IMG/VR virus record: IMGVR_UViG_2706794662_000007
Reading direction: 5' to 3' (one strand)
Length of the DNA stretch: 64,000 nt
DNA from: a virus
Taxonomy: Duplodnaviria; Heunggongvirae; Uroviricota; Caudoviricetes
Shown here: in pieces, positions 9,248 through 18,904 of the stretch
Numbering within the stretch: position 1 is the stretch's first letter
Layout of the letters: each line of letters starts with the position of its first letter
Notes under the pieces: generated by a model
What the model saw: the letters and a program-made list of their open reading frames with translations, nothing else
What the model was told of the DNA's origin: nothing
Database searches by the model: none
Program-made: the position numbers and the translations under genes

Positions 9248-9579
9248 GTTTCCAATACTCCCACCATAACGCGCCAATGATGGCGCGTTTTTTATTGTCT
9301 TTGACTCACTCCAACAACATAAAAATAAGCGCCAAAATAACGCCATAGACGCGCTTTTATATCCTTGCCAGTACATACCCATTACTTAACACATTAACGC
9401 GCTTAAAACGCGTTATATTGCGCTATAGCGCATAGTTAATCATTGGCTTTTAGTCTTGCTATGTGATCCGCGTTTATTTGTCGGCGCGGATCGGCATTTT
9501 GTTTTGTTCCGTATCCGCTCGCGTATTATGTGCGCGTGATTTTTCACATAATCACACCACTTAATCACGTATGCGATTA

Positions 9580-9843
9580 NNNNNNNNNNNNNNNNNNNNN
9601 NNNNNNNNNNNNNNNNNNNNNNNNNNNNNNNNNNNNNNNNNNNNNNNNNNNNNNNNNNNNNNNNNNNNNNNNNNNNNNNNNNNNNNNNNNNNNNNNNNNN
9701 NNNNNNNNNNNNNNNNNNNNNNNNNNNNNNNNNNNNNNNNNNNNNNNNNNNNNNNNNNNNNNNNNNNNNNNNNNNNNNNNNNNNNNNNNNNNNNNNNNNN
9801 NNNNNNNNNNNNNNNNNNNNNNNNNNNNNNNNNNNNNNNNNNN
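9580..9843. other. N-run (masked or unresolved sequence)
   Basis: 264 consecutive n. Confidence 1.
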
Positions 9844-10324
9844 ACACGCCATCAAGGATGTGGATGCGGTTGCTTGCGTATACATTCAGCATAAAGTTAG
9901 CGCAAAACAGTTTCCATGTATCAACGCCAGCGGTATACGTAATGTTTTTGCATTTAATTGCATTGTTGGCGATCCGCATCCCCTGCGATACTGCTTCATC
10001 GTCGGAAAATTTGAACGACGATTGAGTTTTAATCCAGACAGAAATCTGCGTAGCGAACTCAATCAGCTTGGACTGGCAGAATCGCCCGGAGCGCACCGGA
10101 AAGACGAACGTTCCGAATCCAGAATTTACCACATACGCTTTCTCAAATACCCGCGAGTAACGACGATTGCCAATGATGTCGCGTGCAATAATGCATTTTT
10201 CTTGTGCTGACAGTTCTACCGTCTCATTGTCGCGCCATGCACCAAGTACTCGTTTTTCAATGTCAGAGAACGTTACAGCGATATTGCCATGTGCGGGTGC
10301 GTTTACAGTAGCGATAAAATTCAT
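9844..10324 (-). CDS. hypothetical protein, 3' end lost in N-run
   Basis: ORF starts MNFIATVNAPAHG at 10324; motif A at 10343-10360 upstream; true stop unknown. Confidence 0.4.
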
Positions 10325-10674
10325 GATTAATTCCTTATCGTAAATAACAAATTGTTTTCTTGTTGGCGTTAATTATCGTTGTACGAATAAGGCGTCAAAG
10401 TGGAAAGTTGCGGTAGCCGGACGGGAACAGGTGGGTTTGTCGGTTGCCTGGAGGTAAGAGGTTGGTGTTTTTAGCCTGCGGGAAACAGGATGGTCATTTA
10501 AGGCCACCAGCAGTGGTGGCCTTAATAATTATCGACCGATTACGCTAAGGATCTTTTCCTCAACTGATTTGTTGTTGCGACTAAACTGCCTTGCGTATCT
10601 GATGACAGAAGAGGCGTTTTGCTTTCTGACTATCTCGGCTCTTTCCTTCAGGCGTTTCTTGAAATCGCCCATAT

Positions 10675-11049
10675 TTACCACCAGGCGCAGAAGGTCAGTC
10701 TGTTATTGTGAAAGTCGTGGTTCTTAATCAGCTCTTCCACAAGTTTTTTCAACTCCCCCACGTCATGCCAGTACCCTTCATCGTACTCCTGACTGCCGAA
10801 GAAAAAACCTTCACAGGTAGGTAAGTACTCTTCGCAGTTACTTTCGTTCATGTGCATCAAATGAGCTTTCAGAGCACAAATGTCATTCATCGTTAATTCT
10901 AAAAGCTCACAATTTTTGACTTCACCTACGTTGCGTTCCATCCACCCAAAGAGAGCATTGAACTTACGGAAGTAAGCAACCTTCTTTCTGGATGCATCGT
11001 TATTCAGATCGTTTTTTGGTTGCGTCTCAATGTAGATATCAAGTCCCAT
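10675..11049 (-). CDS. hypothetical protein
   Basis: 124 aa ORF; motif A at 11107-11124 upstream. Confidence 0.45.
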   Translation of the reverse strand: MGLDIYIETQPKNDLNNDASRKKVAYFRKFNALFGWMERNVGEVKNCELLELTMNDICALKAHLMHMNESNCEEYLPTCEGFFFGSQEYDEGYWHDVGELKKLVEELIKNHDFHNNRLTFCAWW

Positions 11050-11126
11050 GATGGTTTCCTTATCAAGTTGCTTTCAGTGAAAGCATTTTCACAAATCAGA
11101 TAAGGCAGAAAACAAATTGTTATCGG

Positions 11127-11147
11127 GCATAAGAAAATGGCGCGGTT
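11127..11147 (-). terminator. terminator hairpin
   Basis: atggcgcggtttacgcgccat followed by T-run on minus strand. Confidence 0.55.
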
Positions 11148-11167
11148 TACGCGCCATTCAAAGAGGA

Positions 11168-11575
11168 TTAAGCGAATACGCTTTCAGGGATTAAGGTGTC
11201 AGCAGGAATGCCGGAGGTAATGCGCAGACCATACTGACCAATCCAGGTAGTGTTAGTGTTCAGACTGGAAGCGAATACGGTGTTAACCATATTCATCATG
11301 GTTTCAAACACCTCTTTATTCACCTTACGGAAGTAACTTTCAATTTTCAACAACAACGGGTCCGTTGCATCAAAAATGGACTGATATTGCGCCTCATATT
11401 CCCCGCCTGATGTATCTCCTTTACGCACAATAGTACTTGCCTGAACTTCAGTTCCAGTTTCGGTGTTGTACGTAACGACGGTGATTTTAGCTACATTCTT
11501 ACCTTCGGCGCTTTCTGAAGCATAGTAGACATCAACTGTCAGGTTTTCTCGTTTAACGCTCATATCACTCTCCAT
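11168..11575 (-). CDS. hypothetical protein
   Basis: 135 aa ORF. Confidence 0.45.
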   Translation of the reverse strand: MESDMSVKRENLTVDVYYASESAEGKNVAKITVVTYNTETGTEVQASTIVRKGDTSGGEYEAQYQSIFDATDPLLLKIESYFRKVNKEVFETMMNMVNTVFASSLNTNTTWIGQYGLRITSGIPADTLIPESVFA

Positions 11576-11632
11576 AGTGTCTTGGTTATTTTTCTATTTT
11601 ATAGACATAGGTATGTACTTACAATACAAAAA

Positions 11633-11651
11633 ACCCCGTAAGGATGGCGGG
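11633..11651 (-). terminator. terminator hairpin
   Basis: ccccgtaaggatggcgggg followed by T6 on minus strand. Confidence 0.55.
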
Positions 11652-11688
11652 GCTGTCGTACTGTCGACTAATTACCACTTGCACATTA

Positions 11689-12000
11689 TCAGGCTATTGC
11701 CATCACTGATGCTCTCTGAATCTCTTGCTGGGCCACGCGGTTAACTTCCATCAAAGCCAGTTCGAGCTGATGTTCCGGCCACATTCTTTGAAATGCCATC
11801 CAGCCTTTTCCACGCTGGCGACGAACATTCATTACATAACGAGTAAAGGTGTTTTTATCGAAAGACACCGCTGTTTCACGGAACAGACGAATAGAGGTTC
11901 CATTGGCAACGATGTCCAGCAAAGTTAATTGAGCAACCAGTGCAGGCTTCTCTTTTCTCTTCTGGTCTTTGTCCAGACCAAGAACCAATGATTTTTTCAT
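11689..12000 (-). CDS. hypothetical protein
   Basis: Start set to internal ATG (MKKSL) with GGAG ribosome-binding site; motif A 13 nt upstream. Confidence 0.45.
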   Translation of the reverse strand: MKKSLVLGLDKDQKRKEKPALVAQLTLLDIVANGTSIRLFRETAVSFDKNTFTRYVMNVRRQRGKGWMAFQRMWPEHQLELALMEVNRVAQQEIQRASVMAIA

Positions 12001-12154
12001 CACAACTCCGTAAACAACTTGTTTTCTCAATGGCGTAAATAATACCAGTAAGAAAACGGCTACAAAGCATATTGATCAGGCGCATGAGCGATATGCAGGT
12101 TCTTCCCTGCGGCTACAGATGAAGTTAAGCCAGCAATGCTGGCTTTGGTTGGGC

Positions 12155-12484
12155 TTACGCGAATATCGCAAGGAAGTCCTGAACGTCCCAATGCTGGACG
12201 AGGTGAAGATAGACCTTAGAAATCACGTCATTTTCGCTATCGCATGTGAAGTAGTACTTCTGGCTGCGGTTGTATGTGTCCACACAAAATTCGCTCATAT
12301 CCATAAAGTCAGCATCTTCACCCATGTCGCAAATCATCAAAGCAGGTGCGTCATCACGAGTCATCAGCTCCAGCACCCATCTTGAATTAATCAGAGTGGA
12401 AGACCAACCTTCCAGCTCATAAAACTGGTCAAACTCTTTTTGAGTCAATTTCTTAATTTGGTTGATGTCGATATTTGCAAACAT
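12155..12484 (-). CDS. hypothetical protein
   Basis: Start set to MFANIDINQ; upstream region is a near-duplicate of that of the 11689-12000 gene. Confidence 0.45.
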   Translation of the reverse strand: MFANIDINQIKKLTQKEFDQFYELEGWSSTLINSRWVLELMTRDDAPALMICDMGEDADFMDMSEFCVDTYNRSQKYYFTCDSENDVISKVYLHLVQHWDVQDFLAIFA

Positions 12485-12622
12485 AAAGCAATCCTTAAAC
12501 ATGTTGTTTTCTGAATTACGTAAACAATACCAGTAAGAAAACGGCCACAAAGTATATCGTTACGGTGCTGCGCTGCCCCGAGGTTAATAGCGACAAAAGC
12601 CACCGTGCTGGTGGCCTCACTC

Positions 12623-12841
12623 TTAATCTTGGTCGTCCGGGAACTCGCTGTGTACCGCGCCCACCAGCTCCCGCTTTTCATCTTCACTCAGCAGGTGCCA
12701 GATATCCTTCCCTTTGGGCGATTCCCCTTCTGCCGGGACGAACGACCACAACTTGCGGTACAACTCCGGCCCCACTGCATCCAGACACTCAGCCAGGGAA
12801 TCCACGCCCCACACCTCAACCGTCACAGGCATCTTAATCAT
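12623..12841 (-). CDS. hypothetical protein
   Basis: 72 aa ORF followed by hairpin. Confidence 0.35.
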   Translation of the reverse strand: MIKMPVTVEVWGVDSLAECLDAVGPELYRKLWSFVPAEGESPKGKDIWHLLSEDEKRELVGAVHSEFPDDQD

Positions 12842-14412
12842 CTCTTCATCCTCACTTCGTTTCTATAACGTCTAAATATGCTGTTTACTTGTTGGTGTTA
12901 TTATCGCAATAAGATAAAGGCGAAAAAGGATTTTATGTCGGGAAAGCCAGGCTGGGCAGTGAATATCCGGGAACGACACGAGAGCCAGTATTTACGATAT
13001 TCTGCTCTACGCGCGCCGCGGGGCTGGTGGGTAGAATAATCCTCTCCCCGAAAACCTACTGAAATCGATTGTGACCCGCTGGCTGTCTGGCACAATTACG
13101 CTGTATCTGGCATTCAGAGGGAATCCAGCGGTAAGCAAGTCAGCCTGCACGTGAGCGCCTCTCTTCTTCCCGCACATTACAGGTGGGTAGCTGCAACTCT
13201 CTCTCTCTCGCTATACCGGTACGCCGCCGTTCCAGAACCGGCATCGAGCCTTTTCCCGAAATCCACACAGGCAACTCGACCGTTTCCCTGAAAATCCCCA
13301 GCCGTTCCCCCGAAGGCAACCCAGCCGTTTCTGTAGCTGGATGCAACCTTTTCCCTGTATGGACCGAAGGCTGACCGTAGGGGGTGTTACGGGGGATAAA
13401 ATCAGGAGTTGAATAAATACGAAAAAGGAGGCGACCCCCCTCCTTCCCTCTCCACTTATACATACCTGGCTTCTTCGCTATACATGTTGTGTTTTATCTG
13501 TCTCAACCTCTCTATAGGCGTTAATGCTCACTCCTTCCAGAATGTTCTATACGGCGACTATTTCTGTTGGTGAATTGGGTGTGTTGTTTTCTCTGTCGGT
13601 GTATGTGGTTTCGTTAGTTTTGCGGTGGTTCTTCTATGGGGGTGTTCTCGTCGTTTTGGTGATTGTTCTTCTCCGTGTATGGAGTAATGGCAGGTGGGCG
13701 ATTGCTTTCGTTATTGTGTTTGAGTTGTTTGTCTGGAGTGTGTGAAGGCTTTTGTAGTTATTCGTGTATTGGGTAATGGCGTTTCCCGTGATTGTTATGT
13801 TTCGTGTCTTTTGGGATTGAGAGAAACCTTGCGGTTACAGGCTTCGTTAGGGTTTCAGCGGTTCAGGTGTTTCTTCGCTGTTTGGGTAATGGCGTGTCGT
13901 GGGTATCGCGCGTATGAATGTTTTCGGATTGCCTGTGAAAGTTAGGTTGGTTGTCCGGTAGCCTGGGGAGAAGAGGTGGGTCTTTTCGGTAGCCTGCCAT
14001 AAAGAGGTTGGTTGTTTTGGGTAATGGCATATGTGTTATTTGGTTGTTTTGTTATGCCTGAAAATAAGTTGTTTATATGGTTGTGTAACGCAACGGGAGC
14101 GATTTTGAGCGTGTGTTTTTGTTGGTAGTGTGTTGAGTCGTCTGTGGTGAAATTTGGACGCTGTGGCGCTATCTGCTGCGTAGAATTACGGGTATAAGAA
14201 GTGATGTGTGATAACGTCAATTTTTTAGACCAAATCGGGAGAAAGCGTTGATGTTTCGTTGATCTGTTATTTAGTTGTTTTCTTATTGGTATAAACAACC
14301 ATAACCTATTGATATTTAATGATGTGATTGCTGGTATGGGAGGGTAGTAGTGGCGATCAACGGGTTCTTATAGAAAAGAATCAAATTGTGACCGCCATTA
14401 TCAACGGTTTGA

Positions 14413-14598
14413 TTAGATGAGATGGTCTAATTCATCATCTATCATGGCTTTGACGCTGGAGTCGTTCACTCCATATTTATTTATGAGCTGTTTCAGCTCT
14501 GTCGAAAACTGAAGGTAGATATCGTGAGCGTTTTTCACTGTAGGTTCAACGCCACTCATTTCAAGCGCCTTTAGTAGATATGAGTCTTCTTTAAGCAT
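14413..14598 (-). CDS. hypothetical protein
   Basis: 61 aa ORF. Confidence 0.35.
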   Translation of the reverse strand: MLKEDSYLLKALEMSGVEPTVKNAHDIYLQFSTELKQLINKYGVNDSSVKAMIDDELDHLI

Positions 14599-14634
14599 AA
14601 ATTCTCCGTTATCTAGTATGAAGCGATTGCCGGA

Positions 14635-14934
14635 TTACCATTGCCAGCACTCAAGCCCTTCAACGACCGGTGCGCCACAATCAAAATGTACAGAGTTAAA
14701 GCCTACATCAAGTACTTTCTGAATGTTCGCAATCGCACCCTCGGATATACCATATCGACGCAACTCATCTTTCCAGTCATCGTCCTGTAACCCGGCGTGG
14801 ACAATGCAACCGTACTCAATTTGTGAAACCCAATCCAGCTCATTGCTTGCGATCATGAATCGGCGAGCATCTTCCTCTGATGTATGAGATGAACTGATCA
14901 ATGCCACCTGGTAGGCTTGGGTAATGTTCAACAT
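14635..14934 (-). CDS. hypothetical protein
   Basis: 99 aa ORF; two motif A copies upstream (14947-14963, 14997-15014). Confidence 0.4.
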   Translation of the reverse strand: MLNITQAYQVALISSSHTSEEDARRFMIASNELDWVSQIEYGCIVHAGLQDDDWKDELRRYGISEGAIANIQKVLDVGFNSVHFDCGAPVVEGLECWQW

Positions 14935-15045
14935 TTCAACTACTCCAAAACAAGTTGTTTTCTTATGTGGCTTATTATCTCAATCAACAAAAGGTAGAAA
15001 ACAAATTGTTTTAGGGCTTGTGTAAATCAGGAGGGATTGTGTCTA

Positions 15046-15076
15046 TATGAAAATGCCCGGCGTGTTGCCGGGCATT
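15046..15076 (-). terminator. metG rho-independent terminator
   Basis: atgcccggcaacacgccgggcat hairpin followed by T-run on minus strand, just after metG stop. Confidence 0.6.
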
Positions 15077-15095
15077 GCGAAGAGAGGTTGTTTAA

Positions 15096-17034
15096 TTACT
15101 TAACCTGGTGGCCAGGTTTAGCACCAGCATCCGGGCTTAACAGGAAGATATCTTTCCCGCCAGGACCGGCAGCCATCACCATGCCTTCAGAGATACCGAA
15201 GCGCATTTTACGTGGTGCCAGGTTAGCCACCATAATGGTGTGACGACCAATCAGTGCCTGTGGATCTGGATAAGCGGAACGGATGCCTGAGAAGACATTA
15301 CGCTTTTCACCACCGAGATCCAGCGTCAGGCGAAGCAGTTTGTCAGAACCTTCGACAAACTCCGCGTTTTCAATCAGCGCCACACGCAGGTCAACTTTGG
15401 CGAAGTCGTCAAAGGTGATGGTTTCCTGAATCGGTTCGTCAGCCAGTGGGCCAGTTACCGGTGCAGCTGTGGCTTTCACTTCTTCTTTGGATGCTTCCAC
15501 CAGTGCTTCCACCTGTTTCATATCGATACGGTTATACAGTGCCTTGAACGGATTCACTTTATGGCCCAGAAGCGGTTGCTGGATACCATCCCAGGTCAGT
15601 TCTGTATTCAGGAATGCTTCTGCACGTTCAGTCAGTTTCGGCAGTACCGGTTTCAGGTACGTCATCAGCACGCGGAACAGGTTAATGCCCATAGAGCAAA
15701 TCGCCTGCAGATCTGCATCGCGACCTTCCTGCTTCGCCACCACCCACGGAGCCTGTTCATCGACATAGCGATTAGCCAGGTCAGCCAATGCCATGATTTC
15801 ACGGATAGCTTTACCAAATTCGCGGCTTTCCCATGCTTCGCCAATCACTTCAGCGGCATCAGTAAAGGTTTTGTACAGTTGCGGGTCAGCCAGTTCGCTT
15901 GTCAGCACGCCGTCAAAACGCTTGTTGATAAAGCCTGCATTACGGGAGGCCAGGTTAACCACTTTGTTCACGATATCGGCATTCACGCGCTGAACGAAAT
16001 CTTCCAGGTTGAGATCGATATCATCAATGCGCGAAGAGAGTTTCGCAGTGTAGTAGTAACGCAGGCTGTCAGCGTCAAAATGATTCAGCCAGGTGCTGGC
16101 TTTAATAAAGGTGCCGCGAGACTTGGACATCTTCGCGCCGTTCACCGTCACATAGCCGTGAACAAACAGGTTGGTCGGCTTGCGGAAGTTGCTGCCTTCC
16201 AGCATGGCAGGCCAGAACAGACTGTGGAAGTAAACGATATCTTTGCCGATGAAGTGGTACAGCTCGGCGGTGGAGTCTTTCTTCCAGTATTCGTCGAAGC
16301 TTACGCTGTCGCCGCGCTTGTCGCACAGATTCTTGAAAGAACCCATGTAGCCAATCGGCGCGTCCAGCCAGACGTAGAAATATTTGCCCGGCGCGTTCGN
16401 NNNNNNNNNNNNNNNNNNNNNNNNNNNNNNNNNNNNNNNNNNNNNNNNNNNNNNNNNNNNNNNNNNNNNNNNNNNNNNNNNNNNNNNNNNNNNNNNNNNN
16501 NNNNNNNNNNNNNNNNNNNNNNNNNNNNNNNNNNNNNNNNNNNNNNNNNNNNNNNNNNNNNNNNNNNNNNNNNNNNNNNNNNNNNNNNNNNNNNNNNNNN
16601 NNNNNNNNNNNNNNNNNNNNNNNNNNNNNNNNNNNNNNNNNNNNNNNNNNNNNNNNNNNNNNNNNNNNNNNNNNNNNNNNNNNNNNNNNNNNNNNNNNNN
16701 NNNNNNNNNNNNNNNNNNNNNNNNNNNNCTCTTCGCTGTGCGTCGAGTGATAGTTGTCATAGCTGATGTTAAAGCCTGCGAAATCAGTCTGATGTTCCTG
16801 ACTCATTTCGCCAATCATCTGTTCCGGTGTGATACCAAGCTGCTGTGCTTTCAGCATGATTGGCGTACCGTGGGCATCGTCGGCACAGATGAAATTAACC
16901 TCGTGGCCGCGCATTCGCTGGTAACGAACCCAGACATCAGCCTGGATGTGCTCCAGCATATGGCCGAGGTGGATTGAGCCGTTAGCGTACGGCAGCGCGC
17001 ACGTCACCAGAATTTTCTTCGCGACTTGGGTCAT
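15096..17034 (-). CDS. metG: methionyl-tRNA synthetase (interrupted by N-run 16400-16728)
   Basis: Start [29 protein letters not shown] (HIGH-type motif) and C-terminus ...[24 protein letters not shown] match E. coli MetG as I recall it; the two flanking ORF fragments are in different frames because of the N-run. Confidence 0.95.
16400..16728. other. N-run inside metG
   Basis: 329 n. Confidence 1.
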
Positions 17035-17191
17035 AGTAGGCATTACTTCTTTGTAGTGAAAAGGGGCTTGATAGTAACAAAATGGCCTTATGTCTGCCAT
17101 GTGATAACAGCATTTCTCATAAATGATTAAATGTCGTAGCTGGAGTACACTACAAGGCGACAATTGCGCAAATTAAAATAAAGGAGACGGG

Positions 17192-18292
17192 ATGAGCGAG
17201 TCCAAATCGCCGGATGCCCTGAGAGCAATGGTAGCCGGTACGCTGGCTAATTTTCAGCACCCAACCCTGAAACACAACTTGACTACGCTTAAAGCGTTAC
17301 ACCATGTTGCGTTGATGGATGACACACTGCATGTCGAACTAATCATGCCTTTCGTGTGGAATAAGCCTTTTGAAGACCTGAAAGAGCAATGTAGTGGTGA
17401 TCTGCTCCGTATCACTGGCGCAAAGGCTATTGACTGGAAGCTGTCGTACAACATTGCCACGCTTAAGCGCGTCAAAAACCAACCAGGCATTAATGGCGTT
17501 AAGAACATTATCGCCGTCAGCTCAGGCAAGGGCGGCGTGGGTAAATCCTCCACAGCAGTAAACTTGGCACTGGCTTTGGCTGCTGAAGGTGCGAAAGTTG
17601 GTATTTTGGATGCCGATATCTATGGTCCATCAATTCCAACCATGCTGGGCGCGGAAAACCAACGTCCAACCTCACCGGACGGTACTCACATGGCACCTAT
17701 CATGTCTCATGGCCTGGCAACCAACTCTATTGGTTATCTGGTCACCGATGACAATGCAATGGTGTGGCGTGGACCGATGGCGAGCAAGGCGCTGATGCAG
17801 ATGTTGCAGGAAACACTGTGGCCTGATCTGGACTATCTCGTTCTCGATATGCCACCGGGCACTGGTGATATTCAATTGACGCTGGCGCAGAACATTCCTG
17901 TAACTGGTGCGGTTGTGGTAACTACGCCGCAAGACATCGCGCTGATCGATGCGAAGAAAGGCATTGTGATGTTCGAAAAAGTCGAAGTGCCGGTACTGGG
18001 TATCGTTGAAAACATGAGTGTGCATATTTGCAGTAACTGCGGTCATCACGAGCCAATTTTTGGCACCGGTGGAGCACAGAAACTGGCCGAGAAATACAAC
18101 ACGCAGTTGTTAGGCCAAATGCCACTTCATATCTCTCTTCGTGAAGATCTGGATAACGGAACACCAACCGTTATTAGTCGTCCAGATAGCGAATTTACGG
18201 CTATTTATCGTGACCTCGCAGATCGCGTTGCTGCCCAAATGTATTGGCAAGGTGAAGTAATACCTGGCGAAATCGCATTCCGCGCAGTGTGA
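17192..18292 (+). CDS. apbC: Mrp/ApbC Fe-S cluster carrier ATPase
   Basis: 366 aa; deviant Walker A AVSSGKGGVGKSST and CxxC (CSNCGH); divergent from metG as in the E. coli chromosome. Confidence 0.95.
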   Translation: MSESKSPDALRAMVAGTLANFQHPTLKHNLTTLKALHHVALMDDTLHVELIMPFVWNKPFEDLKEQCSGDLLRITGAKAIDWKLSYNIATLKRVKNQPGINGVKNIIAVSSGKGGVGKSSTAVNLALALAAEGAKVGILDADIYGPSIPTMLGAENQRPTSPDGTHMAPIMSHGLATNSIGYLVTDDNAMVWRGPMASKALMQMLQETLWPDLDYLVLDMPPGTGDIQLTLAQNIPVTGAVVVTTPQDIALIDAKKGIVMFEKVEVPVLGIVENMSVHICSNCGHHEPIFGTGGAQKLAEKYNTQLLGQMPLHISLREDLDNGTPTVISRPDSEFTAIYRDLADRVAAQMYWQGEVIPGEIAFRAV

Positions 18293-18294
18293 TA

Positions 18295-18319
18295 AAAAGG
18301 CGGTGCATTGCACCGCCTA
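18295..18319 (-). terminator. hairpin terminator (T-run on minus strand)
   Basis: ggcggtgcaatgcaccgcc followed by ttttt on minus strand, between apbC stop and UmuD'-like stop. Confidence 0.5.
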
Positions 18320-18329
18320 ATCAGTTCTC

Positions 18330-18719
18330 CTACATCACAGGACAATCATCAAACTCGCCACTTCTTGCGTCGTTGATAATGTGAGTGATCACACCAAACA
18401 CGGCATTGCTGCCCGTGCATCCATCGTCATCCTTTGGCAATGCTTCCTTCTTACCGGTTCTTAAATCCTCCAGATGCTGACGTGGAGACTTCCGGTATCT
18501 TTTTACGCGATATTCCCCATCCAGAGCGCATACAAGCAGAGAACCATCAACCGGGGTAAGTGAGGAATCAACCACCAGCAATGCACCCTGTAATATTCCC
18601 TCACGATGATGACTATCAGCTGCTCTCATGAAGTAGGTCGCTGAAGGATGTCTAATTATCTGCTGATCAAGAGAAATACGGCTCTCAGCATAATCCGCCG
18701 CAGGAGAAGGGAAGCCCAT
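18330..18719 (-). CDS. UmuD'-like S24 peptidase family protein
   Basis: GFPSPAADYAE...HPSATYF...DS...VKRYRK...VFGVITHIIN aligns with the UmuD C-terminal domain and lacks the N-terminal arm, like processed UmuD'; motif A upstream at 18839-18856. Confidence 0.7.
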   Translation of the reverse strand: MGFPSPAADYAESRISLDQQIIRHPSATYFMRAADSHHREGILQGALLVVDSSLTPVDGSLLVCALDGEYRVKRYRKSPRQHLEDLRTGKKEALPKDDDGCTGSNAVFGVITHIINDARSGEFDDCPVM

Positions 18720-18904
18720 AGCGTTTTGCCCTCAATACTGTTCATTTACACAGTATACATGAAAGAAGCTCACTCAGTGCAACTGATCGGTACATAGCAC
18801 CAGACAAAGGAACGTTATTTTCTCGAACAAGAAAAGGTAGAAAACAAATTGTTTAAGGCCACAACTAGTGGCCTTAATGGAGAAGGGATGCTTATTGGCT
18901 ATGG

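Noticed and set aside
12901-14298. ORFs in the track at 12901-13095, 13140-13463, 13524-13745, 13742-13945 and 13942-14298
   Set aside because: They fall in the strongly GT-skewed region; the translations are composition artefacts (Val/Leu/Phe/Gly-rich on one strand, Thr/Gln/Asn/Pro/His-rich on the other), with no ribosome-binding sites or coupling, so they are treated as non-coding.
1463-16766. Numerous antisense ORFs nested inside large genes (for example 1463-1981 plus, 2996-3574 plus, 5389-5856 minus, 15561-16766 plus, 58710-59225 plus, 62147-62623 plus)
   Set aside because: Each is fully contained within a confidently identified gene on the opposite strand and has an atypical translated composition; treated as shadow ORFs.
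15096-17034. metG considered as a divergent element-encoded aminoacyl-tRNA synthetase
   Set aside because: The protein appears essentially colinear with E. coli MetG and retains a host-type terminator and the divergent apbC neighbour, so host-derived DNA (captured or chimeric) is more likely than an ancient viral homolog.
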